NCBI RefSeq assembly: GCF_006345805.1 | Contig: NC_043008.1 | Span: forward strand, 8,680,001 to 8,744,000 | From: Octopus sinensis | Lineage: Eukaryota | Length of the DNA stretch: 64,000 nucleotides | Reading direction: 5' to 3' | Shown here: one piece after another, positions 1-10,862 of the stretch | Layout: each line of letters begins with the position of its first letter | How positions within the stretch are numbered: the stretch's first letter is position 1 | Translations under genes and position numbers: made by a program | Notes under the pieces: model-generated | What the model saw: only the letters and a program-made list of their open reading frames with translations | Told to the model about the DNA's origin: nothing | Database searches by the model: none

Positions 1-240
1 AATTCCTTGTACATCGGACAAACGGGACGCCGCTTGGCTGACCGGTTCGCGGAACACCTTCGTGACATCCACCTTGCGAACGACACACCGGTCTCACGCC
101 ATTTCCGCTCCACCGGTCACTCCTTGCAACATCTATCTGTGTTCGGTTTGTCCTTACACAGAGGCCATCCGGATTCCCGTTTGCGCCGTGAACAAGAATT
201 AATCTTCTCTCTTCGCTATTATACGCCATTTGGTCTCAAC
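1..240 (+). pseudogene. GIY-YIG endonuclease domain, C-terminal part of a Penelope-like ORF that begins upstream of the window
   Basis: YIG(Q)TGR...RF.EH motif, HF..H, R.RREQELI and terminal GLN. The Pro/Ser-rich remainder of ORF 7..558 is read-through into a CT tract. Confidence 0.8.
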
Positions 241-545
241 TCCCCCCCTCCTCATCTAATCCCCTCTCCCCCCTCCCCACCTATCCTTTCTCCCCCCGAC
301 CCCTACTTCTTCAGTCCTTCATCCTTTCACCCCTACTCCCCTTCCCTTCTTCCCTCTTTCTCCCTCCCTCTTCCCCTTCCCTCTGCTCCCTCACTCCCTC
401 TTCCCCCTTCTCCCTCTTTCCTCCTTCATCCCCCTCCTCCCTCCTTCTCCCCCATCTTCTCTCCTCTTCCCCCTTCTCCCCCTCTTCTTCCCCTCCCCTT
501 CTCTCCCCCCTCTTCTCCCTCTTCTCCCCCTCCCCCTCTTCTCCT
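240..545. repeat. Polypyrimidine (C/T) low-complexity tract
   Basis: Almost purely C/T on the + strand, with runs of ccc/ctc/ttc. Confidence 0.9.
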
Positions 546-589
546 CACTACCACATGACTTTACACATCACATCACATATGATGTGCCA

Positions 590-920
590 TACTAATACAC
601 ACACCAACTAATACATACTAATACGTACTAATACATACTAGTACATACTAATACTTACACCAACCCTATACATACACACGTCCAGACCCCGCATACGCAC
701 TTATACTCTCTCACACACACACACACATACCTATACATACCAATACGTACTAATACATACTAATACATACTAATACATACACCAACCCCATACATACGCA
801 CGTCCAGACCACTCTTACGCACTAATACTCTCTCATACACACACACCACACACACCACACACACCCTTATACATACTAATACATACACCAACCCTATACA
901 TACACACATCCAGACCCCTC
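590..920 (+). repeat. Degenerate minisatellite, three ~105-120 bp units
   Basis: Core caccaaccc(t/c)atacatac(a/g)cac(g/a)tccagacc recurs near 659, 780 and 885, each preceded by (actaatacat)n. Confidence 0.75.
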
Positions 921-1100
921 CCAGGCACTTTTAACTGGTCCCTCAACCCTTTTATCAACCCTATATCTCCCCTTATTTCGCTCTCGCGTCTCATGTTTGA
1001 TCTTTGACCTCTGACCGAAATCAGATCGCCATGTTGATTCGTTAGCTACTGCACGCATTTTTTTTCTCTCCTTCTTTCTGTGTTTTTCTCTCTCTGTGTA

Positions 1101-1138
1101 TCTTTCTGTTGAAGAGCGTAGGCTCGAAACGTTAAAGA
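1101..1138 (+). ncRNA. Minimal type I hammerhead ribozyme-like motif (PLE-associated)
   Basis: tcttt-CTGTTGA-a-gagc(gtag)gctc-GAAAC-GTT-aaaga: stem I tcttt/aaaga, stem II gagc/gctc, palindromic AACGTT stem III. One core deviation (A6>U). Confidence 0.65.
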
Positions 1139-2169
1139 CTTGTTTTATTTATATTTCCTGAGCGCCATACTAATACATTGTTCGTTTGTTTTCCACCTGA
1201 CTTCTTCTTTTGTTTATTTTCATAAAGCTTCCCGTTAATATATATAATTAATATATATATAAATATATATATATATATTTATATTATATATATAGGAGAG
1301 AGAGAGAGAGAGATGTATGTACACAAATATAAATACAACATATGTGTATAAATAGACGAATGTATAATATATATATACATATATATATTATGCATATGCA
1401 TATACATACATATACACAAAAACACACATATGTAAATATATATGAAAGGAAACACATGCACACACACACATACATATATTATATATAATATATATAAATA
1501 CATATATATATATAATTCTTGTATTTATGCACGTACATACACTCACACACACGCACACACACTCATACACTGATGTATATATATATATCTATTATTGATA
1601 GAAATGGTAAGACAACAAAAGAATGAAAGAGAGCTCGATATTATGTAAATAGAGGAATTTATCTGTAAACATAATATGTGACAATTATTCGGTAGCCATG
1701 CTAAAACTCCAAGTTTCGGATGTTTGGGTGGAAGCCCACGTCGGCATGTTTACAGTTATCGGGCCATCGAAAAACATGCTATGAAAATGACCGTTAAAAC
1801 ATATTCAAAGAAAGAAAATGGACAACAATGCATGTATGAATAATTTATTAGTATGATATAAAGATGTTGATAGTTTTTAAAGAACATAACAATACAAATA
1901 AATTATAAGTTGTAACGCTAAAAAAAAACGGGAAATATGAAAGAACCTACATATATGTTTCAGCTCTAGTCCCTAGTTGATATGCAATTCTAATCATTTG
2001 GTTATATGCTAAGAATGGTATTGTTTTTAACTATGTATGCATATCATCTAGAGGCTAGAACCGAAACATATAGGTAGGTTTTTTCGCATCACCCATTATT
2101 TTGAGATTTGCAACTTATAATTTATGTGTATTGTTATAGTCTTACATTCTTACATTATACAAATAAATT

Positions 2170-2752
2170 ATTCTTACATCCATTTCCCTCCATTGTCTTT
2201 TCTTTCTAACGCGCTTTTAGCATCGGTTTGATTTTTGAAACGCTTCCTCTCGCTGTAAGCCATCAAGGTGCTTGAAAAAGTGGTAGTCGGTAGGAGAAAG
2301 GTCTGGGGAATAAGCTGGGTGGGGAAGAACTTCGTAGCCAAGTTCCCTCAACTTCTAGAATGTCATTAATGAAACCTGTGTTCAAGCATTGTCATGAAGA
2401 ACGACTGGTCCTCTTCTGTTGACCAGTCTTGGACGGAGTAATGGCAGTTTTTCGTTTATTTTGTTAATCTCATTACAATATGTTTCTGCAGTAATGGTTT
2501 ATTCGGGTTAGAATAAGTTAGAATGGATGAGTCCAATAGTACGCCATAACCATCTTTTTGAAGAGCACGTGTTTAGGGAATGTTTTCGGTGCTTCATTTT
2601 GGTCCAACCATTGCGAAGAACGTTTTTTTTTGTTATTATTATACAGAATCCACTTTACATTTTCATCACAAGTTACAATACAGTCGGGAAATGGATCGGT
2701 CTGGTTACGGAGAAGAAGCGGCGAGCAAATTTCATAATTGTGCATTTTCTGA
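2170..2752 (-). mobile_element. Mariner transposase fragment (decayed)
   Basis: Minus strand gives DPF.D.IVTCDE..KWILYNN.KRSSQWLD.NEAPK, LHDNA, ELGYEVLPHPAYSPDLSPTDYHFFKHLD (mariner DD34D motifs), with stops and frameshifts. Confidence 0.9.
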
Positions 2753-2778
2753 TTTTCATATATATATATATATATATA

Positions 2779-2821
<43 letters not shown>

Positions 2822-2832
2822 CAGAGAGAGAC

Positions 2833-2863
<31 letters not shown>

Positions 2864-2874
2864 CAGAGAGATAC

Positions 2875-3025
2875 ACCGGATTAAACACATAAATGTGAAA
2901 CAAGGTCGAAAAAAGAGTACTCAAATACCAGTGGTAGAGTAATATGCTTTATTTAAAGCAGCAGAAAATTCAACAAAACCTGTTACTCTGAGTTTCGCGT
3001 TGCCGTTCATCGGACAGTTTTTGCT
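2875..3025 (-). mobile_element. Short non-coding dispersed repeat carrying a hammerhead-like motif (family H2, copy 1)
   Basis: Homologous to 4315-4440 (-) and 51410-51520 (+). Minus strand reads ctgt-CCGATGA-acg(gcaa)cgc-GAAACT(cag)AGTA-acag. Confidence 0.65.
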
Positions 3026-3029
3026 ATCT

Positions 3030-3031
3030 AT

Positions 3032-3121
<90 letters not shown>

Positions 3122-3151
3122 TATAGATTAATATATATATAGATAGATAGG

Positions 3152-3238
<87 letters not shown>

Positions 3239-3295
3239 ATCTGTGTGTGTGTGTATGTGTGTATGTATACACTTACATACACATATACATACATA
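3030..3295. repeat. Compound microsatellite (TAGA)n-(TA)n-(TG)n-(CATA)n
   Basis: Direct reading. Confidence 0.95.
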
Positions 3296-4270
3296 GTATG
3301 GTAGTAACATTGACCATCAAAGCAGTCTATCATGGACCAACAACCTGATTACTGTCTCCCACTTTGAAGTGTATGTGTTTACAATCCAGAAACAGGAAAT
3401 ATCAACCAAATACCTAACACAGAAAATGGACAGAGATACAAGAAAAGCAGTAAAGTGTAACAACCGATGCAGACTTTGTGGAGTGTATACCGAAGATATC
3501 ACTCACATCATAAGCAGTTGTCCGAAAATGTCCTCACGGTATTATCTTCCTATGAGACATGATGCTGCAGCTAGGATATTGTAAACGAGATCCGTCGAAA
3601 CTATAACCCCGCGTCCCAAGAAATAATAAGCCACAGTTTCAGTTTGGTGGAAGGCATAGCCACTCATAATAAAATGGAGTATTGAAAACCTCAGTAAAAT
3701 GTAAACACCATAGATTTGATACAATGATTTGGGATGAAGAAGAGAAGCGGTACGGTTGTGGAAATTAGCTGTCCAGCGGATGTTAGCATAAAGCTGAAGA
3801 TCGGGGTAAAAGGGAATACCTACGCTGAACTATTGAGAAATCTGCAGTTACTCTATCCAGATTCCAAGTTCAGGTTTAAACCTGTAATTATTGAGGCACT
3901 GGAGTATGTAATATACTGCTTAAATACCAATCTTGAGAAATAAGGCTTCTCAAATACAGAAAGGAGAAAGCTGATTCGAAGACTACAGGTCCAAAACCAT
4001 CACTGGAACTGTGAAAATCTGAAAACATTTTCAGAAATTTATCATTTTAGTATATATATATATATATATTTATATATTTGAGCATGTCTAGATATGCAAG
4101 TATATGCATGCGAATGCATACATAAAACAAAACTTACAAATCTGCATGTATACATACATACATAGAAAACAAACCTGTTGGTGTTAAAAATCCAGTGAAG
4201 AAGCCTTGGATCTAGGTTCGAAACTGGCTCTTTACTGGCAAGGAATCTTGAAATAAAACTGAGTAATGAC
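3296..4270 (+). mobile_element. 5'-truncated R4/Dong-like RLE non-LTR retrotransposon (zinc knuckle, RLE endonuclease, 3' UTR)
   Basis: IQKQEISTKYL, CCHC knuckle CRLCGVYTEDITHIISSC, RHD, IWDE, EISCP.D, K.NTY.ELLRNLQ, PVIIEAL. The 3' UTR ends ...ttgaaataaaactgagtaatgac, followed by (CATA)n. Confidence 0.85.
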
Positions 4271-4314
4271 ATACATACATACATACACACATACAAAACT
4301 TTCAACGCATAGAT

Positions 4315-4440
4315 GCGGTGACGAGAATAGTATTCGAAAATTACTGGTAGAGTAGAGTAATATATAGTCTTTTACTGAAGCAGAAAAATCATCACAAAAC
4401 CTTACTCTGGGTTTCACGTCAGTAATCATTAGACAGAAGT
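4315..4440 (-). mobile_element. Family H2 repeat, copy 2 (degenerate)
   Basis: Aligns by eye with 2900-3020 (ggtagagtaat...gcagaaaa...acaaaacct..tactctg.gtttc.cgt...tcat..gacag). Confidence 0.6.
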
Positions 4441-5570
4441 GAACTATTCAAACACTACAATCACTTCTATATGTTGAAATGATTTTTGTAGGTAAACTAT
4501 GAAACAAGCATATAATTCTTTTTGCTTCAAAGACTGTTTAAGTTTGGTATTATTGCTTCAACTGCAAATTGATTGAATTCTTTGCACCTTTTTTTTCTGT
4601 ACTTCAACACGCATAGATGCTACAACCTTTTGAAATTGTATTTTGATCAATTTTAACGTCTCTATAGGTACGTCTAGTTTTTATTTCTCTTCTCTTCATT
4701 ACACTCCTACTCACTGTAGCAATTGTTTTATACTACCCGCTAGATTTAAGTCACCGTATCTAATTTCTCTGCCTAATTCATGATTTCTAACCATTCCTGT
4801 CCTCACTTCCTCTCCTACAGATGTATTAAAACATACATGCACACTAACACACACACACGTATTCTCTATTATATATGCACATATAGACACATATTGTATT
4901 CACGCTATCGGTGTACCTATTGTCATACATCGAAACGAAGCACACCGCTCTCTTCTTTTGTTGTAACATCACTTTTTCAGTCTTTTGACACGCACAAACA
5001 CTCTTTCACTCCTTTTTGACTGAAGCATATTTATATACTTGTACTCAATAGACATTCACCCTCTTTGCATCTTTTTTCTCTTTTAATGACTTGCGCCCTT
5101 TATTTTATTTAAATTCTTTACTTCTAAAACGATTTTTGTTTGACTTTTTTTCCTTTGCAGCCAATATTTTTACTAATACACTGCACCACTGCAGTTCGAC
5201 ATATTTTATTCTGTTTCTCTGTTTTGTTTCTTTTTCGTTATTTATTTATTTTACGAATTTATATTGCTTTTAGTCATCGTACACTCCTCGTATCCAAGAG
5301 GGCGTACATTTTGAAATAATATATCATCATGGCCAATCAGCTTCAACTGTTTATTTGATGATTTAGCAAACGCCTTTCACTGCATTAGTTACAAAAAAAT
5401 TAATTTACCTTTTTTCTTATAAGTGTACTTAACTTTGCTGATATATTTTATGAAACACTAACAGCCAGAGAAAATACCTATAAACAAACATAAACACAGA
5501 TACACATACACCTACGCTCACACGCACATATATGCATGCATACATACTTACATATACACATACATACATA

Positions 5571-6110
5571 GACTGAAGATCAGTGAAAAAAAGAACACCT
5601 ACACTGAACTATTGAGAAATCTGCAGTTACTCTATCCACATTACAGGTTTATACCTGTAATTATTGTCGCCTAAATACCAACCATGAGAAATTAGGTTTC
5701 TCAAAACCAGGAAGGGGAAAGCTAATTTGAAGACTACAGATCTAATCCATTACTGGAACTAAAATTCAAATCTGTAAAATTTTCCAGAAGTTTATCATTT
5801 AAATAAGAGCTTGTCTTGATATGCAAGTATATGCATGAGAATGCATACATAAAACATGCATACATAACACATACAAACCTGTACACACATACATACATTC
5901 GTACATACATGCGTACGTACATACATACATACATACATACATACATACATACATACATACATACATACATGCAAACATACATAAATGCATACAAACAAAA
6001 ATACCCTGTCGTTGATGTTGAAATTCCAATGAAGGGGTCTTGGATCTAGGTTAGAAACCTGTTCTTTGTCTACTGGTAAAAAGTCTTGAAATAAACTCAA
6101 TAATGACATA
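5571..6110 (+). mobile_element. Second, shorter 3' fragment of the same R4/Dong-like LINE
   Basis: Near-collinear with 3800-4270 (acctac.ctgaactattgagaaatctgcagttactctatcca...ttggatctaggtt.gaaac...cttgaaataaa...taatgacata). Confidence 0.85.
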
Positions 6111-6289
6111 ATTGACATATGCATAATAGAAATAGGAGGAGGGCGGCGAAGGAGCGAGGAGGATGAAGATGACGATGAGGAAGACGAGGAAAAGGAGGAC
6201 AAGGAGGAGGACGAAGGGGACAAGGAGGAAAACTTAGAAGTAATAGCAACTGGCTCAACTTACTCAGGAATAAAAGGAGCCGATAACAC

Positions 6290-6640
6290 CATTTTACTGT
6301 GATATTAGATGAGAAATACTATGGTGTACATCGTAAAGGAAGAATATTTCCGCGACCAAACATATCCCAAATGTCGCTTCCACAATAAGAGAATGAAGGA
6401 AAATATAAAAAAAGGCTGGCCAAATAATTGGAAAGAGCTGGAGTTACATGGCTAATTCATACAACAATCAGTGGATGATGGATGGACGCTGGTTAAGGAA
6501 ACCCGAAACGAGAAACGGACTAGCGGATTATAACCGCTCGGCAATAAGCTATTAGAATATGCTTGATAAAGACAAGCATTGATATAACTCACTCAAACTT
6601 AGAATCTTAGTAAATAATTATGAAAGTATAAACAATGCCT
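6290..6640 (+). mobile_element. Possible decayed Ty3/Gypsy pol fragment (RNase H-integrase junction)
   Basis: KENIKKGWPNNWKE...SVDDG..LVKETR resembles the Gypsy I..GWP...LSV.DG.L..G.R motif. Many stops. Confidence 0.4.
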
Positions 6641-6799
6641 TAGGTGAGTGCAGTAGTGTAGCGTGAAATGAGTATCAGTACACTCAGGGCTGGGCGGTAA
6701 AACAAAAAAGCATGATGGTATTACACAAGTTTATGTATTTAAAATATTAGAAATGTTATAAGGACACAAATCAGTTGCTGGATAATTATTAGAATTTAT

Positions 6800-7095
6800 A
6801 GTATTTCTCCATAAAGATTGATCATGTTACTGAAATAAGAAGACCAAATGTAATCATAGAGAGCAGATATCATCATGGAGAAAAATGAACATAGACTTCG
6901 CAATACTATTAGATAGTAGAGCGGATATAAATGAAATTGAGAAAGTTGAGAACGATCTATCCTCTCCTTCAGTGTGGAAGGGAATAGAATTGACACTTCT
7001 CTGAAATTTTAAAGAATAGCTCATCAAATGACTACAGAGTAGAAGGAAAGCAAAGTGCATACTGTCCAAATTAGGGTCTAACGTCAAAGTAACAC
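6800..7095 (+). mobile_element. Decayed RLE endonuclease fragment of another R4-type LINE
   Basis: FSIKIDHVTEIRRPNVII...IDFAILLDSRADINEIEKVENDL matches the pattern QTDHVI.HRRPDI...IDFAIP.D.R...KE.EK..KY.DL. Confidence 0.6.
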
Positions 7096-7394
7096 ACACT
7101 GGCGGTGAAAGCTACGTTATCAGCCTATCAACAACCGAAACGGAGCTGCCAAAATGACGTAAAGTTTTCTAATCTTTCTCAAGCTTTCAGATGCTTGTGT
7201 GCAATTATGAAGGCACCCGGCTGCAGAAGGTGATATGGAGATCGTCAAAGACGAGAGCTGGCGTCTATCTTCATATTGACTACGTATACTTTGTGCTTCC
7301 TTCGCTCTACATTTCTTGTGTTCTAAATTTCTGAGGATCCATCTTATCATACACACACACACACACATACACACACACACACACAACACACACA

Positions 7395-7425
<31 letters not shown>

Positions 7426-8426
7426 CACAGCATTTGTTTACACATATTTCTAACCTCTTTCTATGAAACACTTTTACAATATATGCAGTGTCCTGTAGCC
7501 AATAATAAAATAAGTTGTTGTTTTTGTTATTATAATTACTATTACTCCTACGACTACTACTACTATTGCTAACAATAGTAATACTAATGCTGTCAGTAAA
7601 TTTGTATTTCTTGTTTTTATTTTCTTGAAAAAAAGTTTCCAGTTATTTTTCTCATTTTCCTCTTTATCCAATCAATGATATTTCTGTTCATATAACATCA
7701 GACGATATTTCGATAAAAGAACAAAAACGGGCATTTCTTACTTTCAATTTCTCATAATCTATTCTGTGTTGCCAAATATGTCCTCCAGGGAGGTGAAGTC
7801 AAAATAAGCAGAATCCAAACGATGCTGACAACCACATTATACTTATTTCTCAATTGATTAACGCAAAATACACCAGAAAGTAACACATTTGCTTATATTT
7901 CTATGAAATGAGAAGTAGTATATTGAGAAGATTGTGTTACGATTACTGCTGCATATTACAGGTACATGTTTGGTTCAAAATGGAGGCAAGAACACGAAAA
8001 AGCTACGGTGGTAACACACAAAATATATTTTAAACCGTGTCCTGTTATTTTAGCGGCACCTTCTATAAAGTTACAACAATCCCTCTCGAGCGATTTCACA
8101 ATATCGAAAGTGAGGCAATCTGTTCGTTGTCTTATAGTACTGAGCAATTAGTTTATGTTTATTGAATATTACATGGAAAAGCATATAAAAAAAACTGAAG
8201 GTTCAGTAAAATTGTATTATACACATATTAGAGGGAAACCACTATGTGGACACCCTTATGCTAGAAATAGATCCGCTATGGCGCTATGGTCTTACCACTA
8301 AGAAATGTTTTTTAAGAAAAATTTAGCAAATCAACCAAAACGTAATCGAGCAAGACAAAAGAAAAAGCAATAAAAATATGGACTATTCGTATACATGTTT
8401 CAACATTAACATATTGCGTAATTTTA

Positions 8427-8938
8427 CTAGTCCCAGCTGGCGGGGGTGATTGCCTCCCCTTTGCAAATATAAGGACACAGAAAATGTGTCAAAGCCGACA
8501 GGAAACGTCGATGTTTCCTAGGGCTAAATGGCGGTGGTGTAATTCCATTACGGGACTGTCATGTTGAGTTGACAGTATACAGCCACTATATCGGTGCACC
8601 ACTGCTCATGTCTCTCTGAGACATTTAGAAATTCAATATTTCTAATTTTGGTGATCAGTAAATAAATTTTACTGAAAATAGGATATATTTGCAGAGAGGT
8701 TGCAGTCATCTCAGCGAGCGAGACTTTCTACCATGGACTGATGACCAGCTACACAATCAGAAACATATGTCTTCAGGTGCTAGTCCCAGCTGGCGGGGGT
8801 GATTGCTTCCCCTTTGCAAATATAAGGACACAGAAAATGTGTCAAAGCCGACAGGAAACATCGACGTTACCTAGGGCTAAATGGCGGTGGTGTAATTCCC
8901 TTACGGGACTGTCATGTTGAGTCGACAGTATACAACCA
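8427..8938 (+). repeat. Two direct copies of a 159-bp hairpin-rich unit (8427-8585, 8780-8938; period 353 bp)
   Basis: Near-identical ctagtcccagctggcgggggtgattgc...gacagtatac in both copies. A diverged relative lies in opposite orientation at about 46850-46945. Confidence 0.9.
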
Positions 8939-8946
8939 TTGTATAT

Positions 8947-8987
<41 letters not shown>

Positions 8988-9552
8988 CTCCAGGTTTCTC
9001 AATGTTTCTCTCTGGTACGATTTGTGACATTAGTTGAACGATTTTTACCATCGTATATATAAGCTGTTGGTTTCAGTCCAAAGGTTTTTAAATATATGCT
9101 GACTTCTCCCTCAAAAGCAATGCTACAACACCATACACATAGCTGCAACAACATTTCAGTTGATTTTAACTGATTGTAACTATTCACCGTGTATCATTTA
9201 TCAAAATCGAATGATGTTGCCTTTACCTGTATGACGGTTTATGAAGATTAAACATCGGTGACTAGCACGAAAATAAGTCTCGTAGGCGTGCGTGTGCTTA
9301 TGTGGTAATATATTCATAATATGTTAACAGAGGTCTTTTTATTTTTAATCGATACGACGTCATAAAAGTCGATAAAAGGCCGCGAGTGTGTATATATGTC
9401 TCTGTCTGTATATATGTATAAACGCGAGTATCAATGTGCGTACAGGCGTACATACATATTCATATATTTATATCTAATGTAGGATAACACTTTTTTCGAA
9501 AAATATTTTATCAATGGTCAGCATATTAAAAAATACCTTTAAAGGTTAAATT

Positions 9553-9951
9553 TATAGACAATTCGTAAATAAGGGCAAACGAAAAAATTTCTAATGCCAA
9601 ATATGCTGAAAAATTGGACATCTTGTCCATTAACCATATAATTTTTTCACAATACGCACGCTACTCGAAAAAAGGTCGACAGAAATTTCTAAAAAATTCC
9701 ATTATTACCATATCGGACCGATATCAGGTTTAGCTCATAACAGCCTCACCTTCGTCAGTGATACATGTGGCAAAAGAAATAAATGCCACATGTATCACTG
9801 ACTAAGGTGGGGCTGTTATGAGCTAACCTGATATCGGTCCGATATGGTAATAATGGAATTTTTTAGAAATTTCTGTCGACCTTTTTTCGAGTAGCGTGCG
9901 TATTGTGAAAAAAATATATGTTCGTTAGCCCTTATTTATGAATTGTTTACA
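9553..9951. repeat. Long inverted repeat / foldback element
   Basis: Arms 9635-9772 and 9784-9920 are reverse complements with about 4 differences and an 11-nt loop. Outer arm 9553-9583 pairs with 9921-9951. Confidence 0.9.
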
Positions 9952-9956
9952 TATTC

Positions 9957-9988
<32 letters not shown>

Positions 9989-10379
9989 TTCATGTGACGC
10001 AAAGAAGCGCCGCTCTGTGCCACAATTTTCAACACTAGTCAAATATAATGAACTACTGCAGCACCTTGTTTATACACGCACTCTCACAAAAACACACACA
10101 CACATATATATATATATATAAATATACGATGAGCGATAGCTAGAAGAATATTGAGCTTTATTTGATAACCAGTTGATCTAGCTAGAGGGGCCTCATATCA
10201 GTGAGGTGTGCATTGATGCCGTCGAGAGGTAGGCCCGGAAACGGCGCGCATTCTTTCTTGATGACCCCGTACACTTGCTGGCTTCCGGTATGCCGAGTTC
10301 TCAACTGGTAACTCTTGCATATGCAAGTTGTTTGCAAGACATGTATATATATATATACATAATATTTATATATACTCTT

Positions 10380-10594
10380 TACTCTCTCTTTTACTCGTTT
10401 ACTTCTTTCAGACATTTGACTGCGGCCATGCTGGGGCACCGCCTTTAATCGAGCAACTCGACACCGGTACTTATTCTTTTGTAAGCCCAGTATTTATTCT
10501 ATCGGTCTCTTTTTGCCGAACCGCTAAGTAACGGGGACATAAACACACCAGCAATGCTAGGGGGACAAACACAGACACACAAACACACACACGC

Positions 10595-10626
<32 letters not shown>

Positions 10627-10795
10627 TATATACGACGGGCTTCTTTCAGTTTCCGTCTACCAAATCCACTCACATGGCTTTGGTCGGCCCGAGGCTATAG
10701 TAGAAGACCCTTGCCCAAGGTGCCACGCAGTGGGACTGAACCCGGAACCATGTGGTTGGTAAACAAGTTACTTACCACACAGCCACTCCTGCGCC
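10380..10795 (-). mobile_element. tRNA-derived SINE, family A
   Basis: Minus strand starts ggcgcaggagtggctgtgtggtaag...ccgggttcagtccc (A/B boxes), has an internal (TA)/(TG) tract and ends gtcaaatgtctgaaagaagtaaa. Confidence 0.9.

Positions 10796-10862
<67 letters not shown>

Larger units (their letters stand above)
1..1235 (+). mobile_element. 3' portion of a Penelope-like retroelement: GIY-YIG endonuclease end, low-complexity 3' UTR and pseudo-LTR-like tail with a hammerhead motif
   Basis: 1-240 translates to YIGQTGRRLADRFAEHLRDIHLANDTPVSRHF...RLRREQELIFSL...PFGLN, the typical PLE GIY-YIG C-terminus. It is followed by a CT tract, a minisatellite and a hammerhead-like motif at 1101-1138. Confidence 0.85.

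Noticed and set aside
241-558. Proline-rich extensin-like C-terminus of ORF 7..558
   Set aside because: It is read-through from the GIY-YIG end (GLN) into a CT low-complexity tract.
1700-1750. Minus-strand ccgacgt-gggc..accc..gaaact(tgg)agt hammerhead-like word
   Set aside because: The core is degenerate, stem II is interrupted and there is no adjacent stem I. At most a dead relic of a PLE-type repeat (about 1590-1790).
4192-4238. ccagtga...ggttc-gaaac in the R4-like 3' UTR as a hammerhead
   Set aside because: It lacks CUGANGA and is better explained as one long stem-loop (ccagtgaag.agcc / ggct.ctttactgg) typical of LINE 3' ends.
7120-7350. Minus-strand ORF MIRWILRNLEHKKC... as a host exon
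   Set aside because: No recognisable domain and no convincing splice sites. The ORF starts in a GT microsatellite.
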